Source: Thermoplasmata archaeon (GTDB lineage: Archaea > Thermoplasmatota > Thermoplasmata > Lutacidiplasmatales > UBA184). From it: 64,000 nt of DNA. A program made the translations under genes and the position numbers. Location: the NCBI GenBank assembly GCA_021816865.1, contig JAKAWX010000001.1:124739-188738 (forward strand), written 5' to 3'. Numbering within the stretch: the stretch's first letter is position 1; each line of letters opens with the position of its first letter. The notes beneath the pieces were generated by a model. The model ran no database searches. It saw only the letters and a program-made list of their open reading frames with translations, and was not told where the DNA came from. Below, in pieces: positions 1 to 11,658 of this stretch.

Positions 1-467
1 AGACCGACGGACCCCCGGTCGAACCAGCGAACGTTCGAGGCCGCGGGGAACCAGAGTCGGCTGAGGAGGATCGGGAGCGCGATCGAGTACGTTGCGTGAA
101 AGGTCGTGAGGCCGAGCGCCCAGAGCCAGTTGACCCCGAACGCGTGCCCGTACGTCCCGAGGAGGAAGACCGGCGGTCCGCCCGTCGCGAAGAACGTGTG
201 CGCCCCGAACCCCTCTTCGCCGATCCCGTACGCGGCGCCGAGGAGGAGGATCGAGGCCCACCCCTTCCGGTAGGCGACCGCGAACTCCCGGATCAGGAGC
301 GCTCCCGACCCGTAGAGGGCGACGTCGATCCCGAACGAAAGGACGAACCCCGGGGGATTCGTCGCGAGCGAGCTGATCGGGGTCGACCCCGTGAGAAGCT
401 CGGGGATCGACGGGGCGAGGAGGAGGAGGGCGAGGACGGGAAGTCGCGGGCGGATGCGGATGCGCAC
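1..467 (-). CDS. hypothetical polytopic membrane protein; the 3' end lies outside the window
   Basis: My own minus-strand translation from GTG (complement of 465-467) reads VRIRIRPRLPVLALLLLAPSIPELLTGS...GIDVALYGSGALLIREFAVAYRKGWASILLLGAAYGIGEEGF...VNWLWALGLTTFHATYSIALPILLSRLW. It has several hydrophobic segments and GC3-rich codons. It is absent from the ORF track because no stop falls inside the window. Confidence 0.45.
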   Translation of the reverse strand, partial: MRIRIRPRLPVLALLLLAPSIPELLTGSTPISSLATNPPGFVLSFGIDVALYGSGALLIREFAVAYRKGWASILLLGAAYGIGEEGFGAHTFFATGGPPVFLLGTYGHAFGVNWLWALGLTTFHATYSIALPILLSRLWFPAASNVRWFDRGSVG

Positions 468-499
468 GATCCCTCCTGGCGCTCGCGGCTACTTGAACC

Positions 500-1360
500 G
501 TGGGCTCGGCGGCCGGCGTCCCCCGAGGCTATAACCGCCGTTCCCCTCGCCTTCCGAGGCCGAACGTGCGCGAGATCCTGGCGCACATACCCTTCCGAGG
601 GACCATTCGAGAGCGGTCGGTCGACCCGTTCGTCCGGCTGCTGAACACGCTGCGAACCAAGCGCCGGGTCCGCGGCGTCCTCTTCGACATCTCGAGCGGG
701 GGCGGCGAGAGCACGGCGTCGACCGACCTCTACCTGGCCGTCAAACGACTCGACCGGGCGAAGCCGGTCGTCGCCTCGATCGGGTCGCTGGGCGCCTCCG
801 GCGCCTACCTCGCCGCGCTCGGAGCCCGGCGCATCCTGGCCTACCCCGACTCGGGCGTCGGGTCGATCGGGGTGATCTACCCCCACATCGCGGTCCGCGA
901 TCTCGCCCGGCGCCTCGGAGTCTCGGTCGACCTCGTCCACGCCGGCCTCCATAAGGACGCCTACCAAGGGTACCGGCCGCTGACCGACCTCGAGCGGACG
1001 AAGCTCCAGGCGGTCACGGACGACATCTACGAGCAGTTCGTCGCGATCGTCGCGCGGGAGCGCCAACGTCCTCTCGAGGAGATCCGCGCGCTGGCGACCG
1101 GAGAGTTCTGGACCGGCCGTCGGGCCCAGGAGCTCGGGCTCGTCGACGCGGTCGGCGACCGGGAGGCGGCGATCGAAGAGCTCTCGAGGCTCACCGGTGT
1201 GCCCGCCCGCAAGACCGTGCGCCTCGGGCCTCCGCGCCCGTTCGTCGATCGGCTCCTGAACGGGGCCGCCGGAGACCTCGGGGGAGGGTGGTTCGGTCGC
1301 CTCCGGGACGGCTTCGAGGACGCGGTGCTCGACGCCGGTAGCGGGTGGTTCCGCCGCTAG
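500..1360 (+). CDS. sppA: signal peptide peptidase SppA (S49 / ClpP-fold serine peptidase)
   Basis: 286-aa ORF with S49 hallmarks: VRGVLFDISSGGGESTAS, VVASIGSLGASGAYLAALGARRILAYPDSGVGSIGV, FWTGRRAQELGLVDAVGD. The GTG start is uncertain. Confidence 0.8.
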   Translation: MGSAAGVPRGYNRRSPRLPRPNVREILAHIPFRGTIRERSVDPFVRLLNTLRTKRRVRGVLFDISSGGGESTASTDLYLAVKRLDRAKPVVASIGSLGASGAYLAALGARRILAYPDSGVGSIGVIYPHIAVRDLARRLGVSVDLVHAGLHKDAYQGYRPLTDLERTKLQAVTDDIYEQFVAIVARERQRPLEEIRALATGEFWTGRRAQELGLVDAVGDREAAIEELSRLTGVPARKTVRLGPPRPFVDRLLNGAAGDLGGGWFGRLRDGFEDAVLDAGSGWFRR

Positions 1361-1387
1361 GCGGGCGACGTCGCCGCCCGAGTGCTG

Positions 1388-1394
1388 TTAAATA
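1388..1394 (+). promoter_or_regulatory. TATA-like box (TTAAATA) about 30 nt upstream of the ATG at 1421
   Basis: An AT-rich heptamer in an otherwise GC-rich spacer. The spacing is typical of an archaeal leaderless promoter. Confidence 0.4.
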
Positions 1395-1420
1395 CCCGCC
1401 CCGCGGTTCTCGGCGTTGCC

Positions 1421-1582
1421 ATGCCCGACAATCGCCGCACGGGGTTCTCGAGCGCCGCCGGCCTCATCCAGTACTACGACATGGAGGAGACCCGGTCGCT
1501 CAAACTCAACCCGTACCTGGTCCTCGGGCTCGGGATCGGTTCGGCCATCCTCGTCGAGATCCTCAACTGGCGGGCCATCTAG
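1421..1582 (+). CDS. secG: preprotein translocase subunit Sec61beta (archaeal SecG)
   Basis: MPDNRRTGFSSAAGLIQYYDMEE..LKLNPYLVLGLGIGSAILVEIL. This shows the conserved SAAGLxxYYD motif plus a single C-terminal TM. I trimmed the start from track ORF 1382 to the internal ATG that has an upstream TATA. Confidence 0.8.
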   Translation: MPDNRRTGFSSAAGLIQYYDMEETRSLKLNPYLVLGLGIGSAILVEILNWRAI

Positions 1583-1781
1583 GTCGACCTCGCCTCGGGT
1601 CCGGCGCCGGTCCCCTTCGGACCGGCCGACGGTCGCCCACGGAGTTAAACGGGGTTCCGAGCACCGTGGTCGGAGGACGATTCCACCCCTCGCGGAAGGT
1701 CGATAAACGCCTCGGCAGGCCCCGCGACGGGGCCCACGGTGCGGTATATGTAGCTGAAGGCGTATCGGCGTTCGAGCCGAC

Positions 1782-1985
1782 TTGAAAGCCCGAACGATCG
1801 TGGCCGGCGTGTTCATCGCCATCCCCTTCGCCGTTCTGCTGTCCCTTCCGCTGTACAACGTAACGGCACCCGAACTCTCGGGCATCCCGTTCTTCTACTG
1901 GTGGCAGACGCTCTGGCTCGCGCTTTCGGCCGGGCTCTTCCTGAGCGCGGCGGTCCTGATCGACTGGGACCGGACGGAGGACTGA
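1782..1985 (+). CDS. small two-TM membrane protein, DUF3311-like accessory of a solute:sodium symporter
   Basis: 67 aa, two hydrophobic helices, and a stop 1 nt before the symporter ATG at 1987. A TATATGTA box lies at 1745-1752. Position and size match the small subunit usually found upstream of SSS transporters. Confidence 0.6.
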   Translation: MKARTIVAGVFIAIPFAVLLSLPLYNVTAPELSGIPFFYWWQTLWLALSAGLFLSAAVLIDWDRTED

Positions 1986-1986
1986 G

Positions 1987-3522
1987 ATGTTCGACGCGGT
2001 GAGTTGGCTCGTGTTCTTGACGTTCTTCGCGATCTTCGTCTTCATCGGCTTCGCCGCCGTCGTCTGGAGGCGCGGGAACCTCGCGCACATCAACGAGTGG
2101 GCGCTCGCGGGTCGCCGGCTCGGGACGTGGCTCATGTTCTTCCTCGTCGGCGCCGACCTGTACACGGCGTACACCTTCATCGCGATCCCTTCGTCCGTGT
2201 TCGCGAAGGGCGCGATCTTCTTCTACGCGGTCCCCTACGTCACGCTCACGTTCGGCATCGCGATGCTCGCGATGCCCCGCATCTGGTCGATCAGCCACAA
2301 GAAGGGCTACCTCACCGCCTCCGACTTCATCCGGGACCGTCACCAGAGCCGAACGCTGGGCGTCATCGTTGCCGTGACGGGGATCGTGGCCCTCCTCCCG
2401 TACATCGCGCTCCAGATCGTCGGGATGCAGGCGGTCCTGACCGCCATGTTCTCTCAGACCTCGACGGGCCTGGCCCCCTCCTCGCTCAGCGACATCGCGC
2501 TCTTGGTCGCGTTCGTGATCCTCGCGGCGTTCACCTACGTGAGCGGTTTGCGGGGCGCCACGCTCACCGCGGTCCTCAAGGACGCCATCGTCTTCATCAC
2601 CGTGATCGCCGTCATCGTCGTCGTCGCGACCGCGGGTGACTTCTCGAAGGCGTTCACCGCGAAGGCGGCGTTCGCGACGCTCCCGACCAAGTTCGAGAAC
2701 GCCTACCTCAGCCTCTTCGTGATGAGCGCGCTCGCCCTCTACCTCTACCCTCACGCGATCAACGGCGTCCAGAGCGCGACGGGAGTCAAGCCCTTGCGCC
2801 GCAGCACCGCCCTCCTCCCGCTCTACGGGATCGGGCTCGCCGGCCTCGCGCTCTTCGGGGTCATCGTCTACGCCCTGCCGAGCGCGCTCGCGTACGTGCA
2901 TACCTTCCCCACGTCCACCCAGGGAACGCAGGTCGTGCCCGGTGTCATCCTGTTCACCCTTCCGGACTGGCTCGCCGGACTCGCGTTCCTCGGGATCTTC
3001 ATCGGCGGGCTCGTCCCGGCCGCGATCATGGCGATGTCCCAGGCGACGCTGCTCGCGCGCAACGTCATCGGCGAAGCGACGAAGCTCAAGCCGGAGACGG
3101 AGCTGCGGATCGCGAAGTACGGCTCGATCCTGTTCAAGTTCCTCGCCCTCGGGTTCGTCTTCGTGATACCGGCCACCTACGCGGTCCAGCTCCAACTGTT
3201 CGGGGGAGTGCTCATCCTCCAGATCCTCCCTTCGCTCTTCTTCGGCCTCTTCCGCTACCGCCTCGGCAAGTTCTCGCTGATCACCGGCCTGCTCGCCGGG
3301 GTCGGTTACGGCCTGTACCTGATGGAGTATGCGAACAACTTCACGTCGTGGACGACGACGCTCTACGTCGCGTCCCAACCGTTCGGCTACCTCTACATCG
3401 GGCTGACCGCGTTGCTCACGAACATCGTGATCGTCCTCGTCGGGTCCCTCATCGAGAACCGACTCGTCCACCGCGCTCCCGCGGCCTTGGCTACGGCGCC
3501 CCCGGGCCCGGCGCAGGATTGA
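1987..3522 (+). CDS. sodium:solute symporter (SSS) family transporter
   Basis: 511 aa and polytopic. The N-terminal WALAGRRLGTWLMFFLVGADLYTAYTFIAIPS is typical of SSS family members. Confidence 0.9.
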   Translation: MFDAVSWLVFLTFFAIFVFIGFAAVVWRRGNLAHINEWALAGRRLGTWLMFFLVGADLYTAYTFIAIPSSVFAKGAIFFYAVPYVTLTFGIAMLAMPRIWSISHKKGYLTASDFIRDRHQSRTLGVIVAVTGIVALLPYIALQIVGMQAVLTAMFSQTSTGLAPSSLSDIALLVAFVILAAFTYVSGLRGATLTAVLKDAIVFITVIAVIVVVATAGDFSKAFTAKAAFATLPTKFENAYLSLFVMSALALYLYPHAINGVQSATGVKPLRRSTALLPLYGIGLAGLALFGVIVYALPSALAYVHTFPTSTQGTQVVPGVILFTLPDWLAGLAFLGIFIGGLVPAAIMAMSQATLLARNVIGEATKLKPETELRIAKYGSILFKFLALGFVFVIPATYAVQLQLFGGVLILQILPSLFFGLFRYRLGKFSLITGLLAGVGYGLYLMEYANNFTSWTTTLYVASQPFGYLYIGLTALLTNIVIVLVGSLIENRLVHRAPAALATAPPGPAQD

Positions 3523-3537
3523 GGAACGCGGCGACGC

Positions 3538-4518
3538 CTACGCGGGCGACGCCCGCATCGGAAGGAAGGCCGAGGCCGGGGACCGCCCGGGAAGGAACCG
3601 GTCGGTGTCGGACAGCCCGAGGAGGAAAACCTTCGACTCCGGCGACTCGTCCAGGATCCGGTAGCCGGTGCGGTCCGCGAGTCGCCGGGCGAACGCCCCG
3701 ATCTCGTCGTGGGGCGGCACGTGGTCCCGCCCGAGGCGTCGGCGGGACTTCCCCATGTAGACGTACCCCTTCGGCTCGATGAAATCCGGACGGGCGACGA
3801 GGTCGAGGTCCGCGTAGGCGTCCACCCAGCCGATGTTCCAGCCGCGAACGAGCGTGTGGCGGACCACGCGCCGCGTCCTGAGCCCGCGGACGATCGAGAG
3901 CGACTCGACCAGGCGGTCCCACGCGTGCTCGTCCGACGGGAGCGTCAGCCGGCGGAACACCTCGCGGTTCGGGGCCGTGACGGAGACGTAGAGCTGCGTC
4001 GGAAGGGGGTCGAGGGCCCGCAGCGCGTCCGGGTTGGTCCCGTTCGTAACGAGGAACGTCGTGATCCCGCGCTCGTGGCAGAGCTCGAGGAACCGGTTCA
4101 TCTTGGGGTAGAGCGTCGGCTCGCCGGTCAGCGAGATCGCGATGTGCTTCGGCGTCTGGGATTCCTCCCACCGACCGAGGTCGATCGCCGGGTCGCCTTT
4201 GAACCCCGAGAGGATCCGTCGCTGGGCGTCGATCGACCGCTCGAGCAGACCCTCCGGGTCGTCGTACTCGGGCATCACCGCGTCGTTCTCCCATCCCTGG
4301 TTCCGCCAGCAGAAGCGGCAGTGGAGATTGCACGAGTCGATCGCCGGCGACATCTGGAGGCACCGGTGGCTCTCGATACCGTAGAACCGCCCTTTGTAGC
4401 AGTCCCGGCCCTCCGTCAGCGACTCTTTCGACCAGTAGCACAGCTTGACGGCGCTGTGCTTGCCGACGAGCTGGTATCCCTGGCCCAAGAGCTCGTTCGA
4501 GAGGTCCTGGTCCCCCAT
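3538..4518 (-). CDS. taw1: 4-demethylwyosine synthase Taw1/TYW1 (radical SAM)
   Basis: YQLVGKHSAVKLCYWSKESL..RDCYKGRFYGIESHRCLQMSP...CNLHCRFCWR (CxxxCxxC radical-SAM motif). Length of 326 aa fits. Confidence 0.85.
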   Translation of the reverse strand: MGDQDLSNELLGQGYQLVGKHSAVKLCYWSKESLTEGRDCYKGRFYGIESHRCLQMSPAIDSCNLHCRFCWRNQGWENDAVMPEYDDPEGLLERSIDAQRRILSGFKGDPAIDLGRWEESQTPKHIAISLTGEPTLYPKMNRFLELCHERGITTFLVTNGTNPDALRALDPLPTQLYVSVTAPNREVFRRLTLPSDEHAWDRLVESLSIVRGLRTRRVVRHTLVRGWNIGWVDAYADLDLVARPDFIEPKGYVYMGKSRRRLGRDHVPPHDEIGAFARRLADRTGYRILDESPESKVFLLGLSDTDRFLPGRSPASAFLPMRASPA

Positions 4519-4597
4519 CGTAAGGCCGCTCGACCGGGGCCCGACCCATAAGCCTTTGGACGTGCCCCGGGGTGAGAAGAGCCCGGGGAGGCCGGCC

Positions 4598-5842
4598 GTG
4601 GAGTCGAACGTCCGATGGCTCGCCCTCGGGGCAGTGATCCGGGCCTCCGGGATGAGCCTGGTCGCGCCGTTCTTCTTCCTTTACCTGAGGAACGTGCTCG
4701 CCCTCGGCTACGTCGACATCGGCCTACTGGTGGCGGTCACGGGTGTCGTTCCTCTCGCTCTCGCGCCGTTCGCCGGACTCCTCACCGACCGCGTCGGGCG
4801 GCGCCGGGTCATCCTCGTGTCGCTCCTGGTCGAGGCGGGCGCCCTTCTTCTGGTCGCCCCCGCGATGCAGGCTCGGTGGCTTCTCGGCATCCTCGTCCTC
4901 GTCACGCTCGTCCAGACCGTCGGGTCCATCGCGGGACCGGCGATCAGCGCCTACGTGGCCGATTTCGTCTCCGGATCCGACCGCACGACGGGGTACACCT
5001 GGGTCCGGATCGGCTGGAACGTCGGGTTCACTCTCGGTGTCCTGTTCGGAGGCGTGCTCATCGGCTTGCTGGGTTTCATCCCTGTCGCGCTGCTCGCGGG
5101 CAGCGTACTGGTCGCCGGGACCACGTTCCTAACGGTGGCGCTCGATCCTTCGCCGTACGACCGCGGCCGCCCCTCGCGGGGGGGCCCGCCGGCCTCCGCG
5201 ACGTTCCTCGCGCGCCCGGGTTCGATCCGGGCGAGCGCGCGGCGTCTCGCTCGGGACCGGCCGTTCCTCGCCCTCTGCGCGGCGGTGGGACTCGCGTCCC
5301 TGACCCTGGGCCAGTGGTCGGTGACCTTTCCCCTGTACGTGAACTCGGTCCTCGGCGTTCCCTACGCGGTCCTCGGGATCGGCCTCTCGTTGAACGGCCT
5401 CCTCGTCGTCTTCGGCCAGTCCGCGACGACCCGGGCCTCGCTCGGCCACCGCCACACGTCGCTCCTGATCGTCGGGTCCGCGCTCTACGGGGGGAGCTTC
5501 CTCCTTCTCGGGGCGAGCGGCCTTCTCTCGGCCGCGGTCGTTCCGCTCTTCTTCGCGGTCGTGGTCGTCCTCACGTTCGGGGAGAACCTCGGGTCGATCC
5601 CGATGACGACCCTCCCGTCGAACCTCGCGCCTCCGAGCGACATCGGCGCCTACAACGGGACGTTCCAGGCGATCGTCGGCGTCGGCCAGGTCCTCGCCCC
5701 GACGCTCGGAGGGCTCGTCCTCGCGACGGGCGCCGCGCCGATCGTCGTCTGGGCGGCGCTGTGCGCTCCGATGGCGCCCGCGCTGCTCGTCGTCGGGCTC
5801 TACGTCGAGCCCCGGCTCGACCGGACCGCCAACCGGGCGTGA
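4598..5842 (+). CDS. MFS transporter
   Basis: About 12 hydrophobic segments and an LTDRVGRRRVILVS loop motif. I moved the start to the in-frame GTG at 4598 so that it does not overlap the divergent taw1 start. Track ORF begins at 4445. Confidence 0.8.
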   Translation: MESNVRWLALGAVIRASGMSLVAPFFFLYLRNVLALGYVDIGLLVAVTGVVPLALAPFAGLLTDRVGRRRVILVSLLVEAGALLLVAPAMQARWLLGILVLVTLVQTVGSIAGPAISAYVADFVSGSDRTTGYTWVRIGWNVGFTLGVLFGGVLIGLLGFIPVALLAGSVLVAGTTFLTVALDPSPYDRGRPSRGGPPASATFLARPGSIRASARRLARDRPFLALCAAVGLASLTLGQWSVTFPLYVNSVLGVPYAVLGIGLSLNGLLVVFGQSATTRASLGHRHTSLLIVGSALYGGSFLLLGASGLLSAAVVPLFFAVVVVLTFGENLGSIPMTTLPSNLAPPSDIGAYNGTFQAIVGVGQVLAPTLGGLVLATGAAPIVVWAALCAPMAPALLVVGLYVEPRLDRTANRA

Positions 5843-5845
5843 GGC

Positions 5846-6805
5846 CTAGCGGGCCGCGGGGGGGGTCGCGAGAGCGGGATCGGTGCCGTTGTCCCCTTGC
5901 ATCAACGCGAGGTAGGCGTCCTCGAGGGCGAGCGACGCGCTCTGGTAGGTGAGGACCGGCCCGAGGCGGACGAGCGCCTCGAGGATGGCCGACCGGGCGG
6001 ACGACGACCCGTCGAACGAGATGCGGAACCGTCGCTCGCCCACCACGGCCGCGTCTTCGACCATCGGACCGATCCCCCGGATGCGGTCGAGGAGGATCGG
6101 GGTCGCGAACTCGACGTCCACGGCCCGGGTGCGGAACCGGTCGGCGACGTTGCCGACGGTGTCCCGGAGAAGTATCTGGCCCTGATTGATGAAGATCACC
6201 TGGTCGCAGATCTCGGTGACCTCCTGCATCAGGTGCGAGCTCATCAGGATCAGGTGGTCCTTCTTGAGGTCGTTCAGGAGGTTGCGGACGAGGATCCGCT
6301 CCTTCGGGTCGAGGCCGCTCGTCGGCTCGTCGAGGATGATGATCCGGGGGTCCCGGACGAGCGACGCCGCGATCACGACGCGCTGGCGCTGGCCCTTCGA
6401 GAGCCGGCCCGTGCGCGCGTCGAGCGGCGGGAGCTCGAGCCGGTCGTGGAGGTCGGCGATCTCCTTCGCGATGCTCCGCGAGCGACCCCGACGGAAGTCC
6501 GAGACCATCTCGACCGCCTGGGCGACCGTCTGCGACGGGTACGGCTCGGGGCTCTCGATGATCGCGCCGACGTCCGCGAGGGCCGCTTTGCGTTCGCGGT
6601 GGACATCGAAGCCGTTGATGCGCGCACTGCCGCGCGTCGGGCGCAGGAGCCCGGTGAGGAGCTTCAGGGTCGTCGTCTTCCCGGCCCCGTTCGGTCCGAG
6701 GTAGCCGATCGCTCCCGAACCCTCGTACCGGAACGTCGCGTCGGCGAGAGCGGGGCGTCCGCCGCCGTAGGACTTCGTGAGCGCCGAGATCTCGATCGTG
6801 CTCAC
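5846..6805 (-). CDS. ABC transporter ATP-binding protein (ABC-2 exporter type)
   Basis: Walker A GPNGAGKTTT, signature LSKGQRQRV, Walker B IIILDEPTSGLD. Confidence 0.9.
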   Translation of the reverse strand: MSTIEISALTKSYGGGRPALADATFRYEGSGAIGYLGPNGAGKTTTLKLLTGLLRPTRGSARINGFDVHRERKAALADVGAIIESPEPYPSQTVAQAVEMVSDFRRGRSRSIAKEIADLHDRLELPPLDARTGRLSKGQRQRVVIAASLVRDPRIIILDEPTSGLDPKERILVRNLLNDLKKDHLILMSSHLMQEVTEICDQVIFINQGQILLRDTVGNVADRFRTRAVDVEFATPILLDRIRGIGPMVEDAAVVGERRFRISFDGSSSARSAILEALVRLGPVLTYQSASLALEDAYLALMQGDNGTDPALATPPAAR

Positions 6806-6914
6806 GGTCCGTCCTCTCCCTCCGAGCGGAAGGCGGGGGCCGTGCGCCGGACCACCGATGCCGACGGATCTCCTCGAACGACGGACCCCTGCCTGTCGCG
6901 CGCGCGGTCGGCCG

Positions 6915-7715
6915 TCATCCCTTCGACTCCTTGTACTGATACAGGACCGCGCTCACGACGAGGAAGAGCACGGCGTACACGAGCATGATCGCGATCCCCT
7001 CTGGGACCGTGGGCACGGCGCCGGTCCCGGCGATCCGGACCCGGCTCGGGAAGACCTCCGAGATCGCATCGCCGGCCCAGAGGATGGAGAACCACGGGTC
7101 CACGCCCGCGAACGCCGCGATCCCGGTCGCGATGTCGAGCCCGAAGAAGAGTACCAGGACGGTCGAGATCATGCTGGTCGCCGGGCTCCGGAAGAACGAG
7201 CTGAACAGGAAGGCGACCGAGAGGACGCCGAGAGCGTAGAGCGAGGCGAGCCCGAGCGACTCGCCGACCTCGACCCAGGGGGTGCCCAGCACCCCGTGGA
7301 AATAGACGGCCCCCGAGACCGCGACCACGAAGTAGACGAGGATCAGAACGAACGACGCCGCGAACGCCGCCGCGTACCGGCCGAGCAGGAGGGTCCCCCG
7401 TCGCACCGGCAGCACGAGCGTGTAGTACCCGGTCGGGCTCCCGAAATCCATCGCGATCGCATCGCCCCCGAGGAACGCCCCGATGATGAGGCCGAAGATC
7501 GTGAACAGGCCCAAGAAGCCGCCGAGATACCCGCCGGCGTCCGCCCCGCCGACATGATAGTAGATCGTCGCCGCGACGAACCCGACGGTCGCGACCAGGA
7601 CGATGACGAGAAGGGCGAGGAACCGCATCGTCCGCAGATAGAAGCGGACCTGGTGGCGGAACGCCATGCCGAACTGCGCGGCGTCGCTCGGCACCCCCGG
7701 GGGGTCGACCGCCAT
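6915..7715 (-). CDS. ABC-2 type transporter permease
   Basis: 266 aa, about 6 TM segments, directly upstream of and co-oriented with the ABC ATPase. Confidence 0.7.
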   Translation of the reverse strand: MAVDPPGVPSDAAQFGMAFRHQVRFYLRTMRFLALLVIVLVATVGFVAATIYYHVGGADAGGYLGGFLGLFTIFGLIIGAFLGGDAIAMDFGSPTGYYTLVLPVRRGTLLLGRYAAAFAASFVLILVYFVVAVSGAVYFHGVLGTPWVEVGESLGLASLYALGVLSVAFLFSSFFRSPATSMISTVLVLFFGLDIATGIAAFAGVDPWFSILWAGDAISEVFPSRVRIAGTGAVPTVPEGIAIMLVYAVLFLVVSAVLYQYKESKG

Positions 7716-7781
7716 GGCATCCCAGCACCGCGAGGGGCGGATAACCCTGAGGGATGCGTGCGGGGACTTCGCACGCGGTCG

Positions 7782-9902
<2,121 letters not shown>

Positions 9903-9939
9903 GGAGAGCGGACCCCGCCCCTACCTACCGGCCGACGGC

Positions 9940-10089
9940 CTACCGCGGGTCGGGGCGGTGGGTTCGCTCGTAGGTCTTCTGGCACGCGGCCGCGCAGAAG
10001 TAGACCGTCTCTCCGCCGTAGCGTCCCTGTGCCGCCGCCGTCGTGCTCTCGATCGTCATCCCGCAGACCGGATCCTTTACCTTCGCCAT
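9940..10089 (-). CDS. small YHS/TRASH-domain metal-binding protein (49 aa)
   Basis: Not in the ORF track because it is under 60 aa. My translation: MAKVKDPVCGMTIESTTAAAQGRYGGETVYFCAAACQKTYERTHRPDPR. It has the same DPxCGM...YFC..C pattern as the CopA N-terminus. It lies 37 nt upstream of copA on the same strand, and a TATA-like CTAAATAAG (complement of 10121-10129) lies upstream. Confidence 0.7.
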   Translation of the reverse strand: MAKVKDPVCGMTIESTTAAAQGRYGGETVYFCAAACQKTYERTHRPDPR

Positions 10090-10138
10090 GCTAATGCCTT
10101 CGCGACTGCCAGTCCATTAGCTTATTTAGCGTAGCAGG

Positions 10139-10744
10139 ATGAACGGGCGCGTCCCGAATCCGGAGAGAGCGATGGCGACCCAAGGGCCCGGCGCGCTGCG
10201 GAACGACCGTTCGCTCGCGGTCGACTTCTCGAACACGATCGCATGTCCGGGGTGCCGAGCGCAAGACGCGTTCGCCTCGGTCGAGAGCGCCCGTCGGTGG
10301 CTGCGCGCGAGGGCCCCCGACGCCGCCCCCGATTGGACACCGGGCGAGTGGATCGGACTCCGAGGGTTCCGGGAGGACGTCCGGAGGGTACTTCGGGCCG
10401 CGGCCACGGGCTCCCGGCCGCCCGGGGACGCGCTCGCCTCGGTCAACGAGGCTCTCCAGGGCGCGTCGCCGGTTGCGCTGAGGTACCAGGGGGGCCGGTG
10501 GTCCCAGGTGCGCGCCCCGGGACCGCGCGCCCCCATGGTCGAGCTTCGGCTCCGGATCGCACGGTCGGCGGCCGACGCCCTCACCGGCCCGAAACGACCG
10601 CGCGTGCGACTCTGCCAGGCGCCCGGCTGCCTCCACTTGCTGTTCGCCCGGTCGTCCCGCCAGCTCTGGTGTTCGCCGAGCGGCTGCGGGAACCGCGTTC
10701 GGGTCCAGCGACACTACCGAAAGTCTCGCGGAGCCCCGGCGTAG
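10139..10744 (+). CDS. CGNR zinc-finger domain protein (putative regulator)
   Basis: C-terminal LCQAPGCLHLLFARSSRQLWCSPSGCGNRVRVQRHY matches the zf-CGNR pattern. It is divergent from the YHS-copA unit. An alternative start is the ATG at 10172. Confidence 0.75.
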   Translation: MNGRVPNPERAMATQGPGALRNDRSLAVDFSNTIACPGCRAQDAFASVESARRWLRARAPDAAPDWTPGEWIGLRGFREDVRRVLRAAATGSRPPGDALASVNEALQGASPVALRYQGGRWSQVRAPGPRAPMVELRLRIARSAADALTGPKRPRVRLCQAPGCLHLLFARSSRQLWCSPSGCGNRVRVQRHYRKSRGAPA

Positions 10745-10850
10745 GAGCGCCGCCACCTCCCTGGCACCGGGAGCCCGGTCCGACCCGGTCCGCGGCGGGC
10801 GGCGCCCCCCCCCCGAAACCTTCAACCGCATCCCGGGGTGGCGCTCGGCC

Positions 10851-11177
10851 GTGGTCGAGAACCTCGCGCCGCCCGACGTGGCCGAGCGGATGAAGCGCGG
10901 GCCGGTGGAGCTGGTGCTCCTGGACGTGCGCGAGGTCTTCGAGCGCCGAGTCGCTTCGATCGATCCGTCGTTGCACATCCCGATGAACGAGGTTCCGGAC
11001 CGCCTCGACGAGATCCCGAAAGACCGGTTGCTCGTCGTTTACTGCCACAGCGGGGAGCGCTCGATGCTCGTTGCCGGGTTTCTGGCGGGCCGGGGGTACC
11101 GGTCCGTGGCCAACCTGGCCGGAGGGATCGACGCCTGGTCCGCGCTCGTCGACCCCGATGTCCCCCGGTACTACTGA
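10851..11177 (+). CDS. rhodanese-like domain protein (sulfurtransferase)
   Basis: 108 aa. LLDVREVFE..., active-site loop VVYCHSGERS, and C-terminal NLAGGIDAW. Confidence 0.85.
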   Translation: MVENLAPPDVAERMKRGPVELVLLDVREVFERRVASIDPSLHIPMNEVPDRLDEIPKDRLLVVYCHSGERSMLVAGFLAGRGYRSVANLAGGIDAWSALVDPDVPRYY

Positions 11178-11310
11178 GGCCGCGGCCGGAGACCGCTCCC
11201 CTGCGGGAGAGTACTTGCGCCCCGGGACGCGGGGACCCGGGAGACGTTTCGAAGCGTGGGAGGGCGGCCGCGCCGAGGGACGCGGGCGGCGGCGGATCGG
11301 TCGAGGCGGT

Positions 11311-11652
11311 TCACCGTCGACGCCCGCCGCGCTCGCCGGGCGACGGCGGACGGAGGACCTCGACGTACGCCCGCATCTTCCAGTAGGTATCGAGGAACTC
11401 CTGACCACGGGACGTGACGTCGTAGACCGGCCGACCGTCGAGCTCGTCGCTCTTCAGGAGTCCGAGACCGAGCAGGAGGTCGACCACGGTGCGCAGGCGG
11501 TCGACGGGCATCCCGGCCCCGTAGGAGACCCGCGTGATGCGCGCCGCGCCGTGGTACCGCTTCACGACCTCGAGCACCGTCGCGTAGATGTCGGTGACCT
11601 CCCGCCGTCGGGAGACCCCTCCTCCGTTCGCGCCGCTCGCCATCCGGCGCAC
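11311..11652 (-). CDS. archaeal winged helix-turn-helix protein (HTH_45-like)
   Basis: 113 aa. DIYATVLEVVKRYHGAARITRVSYGAGMPVDRLRTVVDLLLGLGLLK...YDVTSRGQEFL has a wHTH layout. It starts 7 nt after the stop of the upstream beta-helix gene. Confidence 0.6.
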   Translation of the reverse strand: MRRMASGANGGGVSRRREVTDIYATVLEVVKRYHGAARITRVSYGAGMPVDRLRTVVDLLLGLGLLKSDELDGRPVYDVTSRGQEFLDTYWKMRAYVEVLRPPSPGERGGRRR

Positions 11653-11658
11653 CTCACC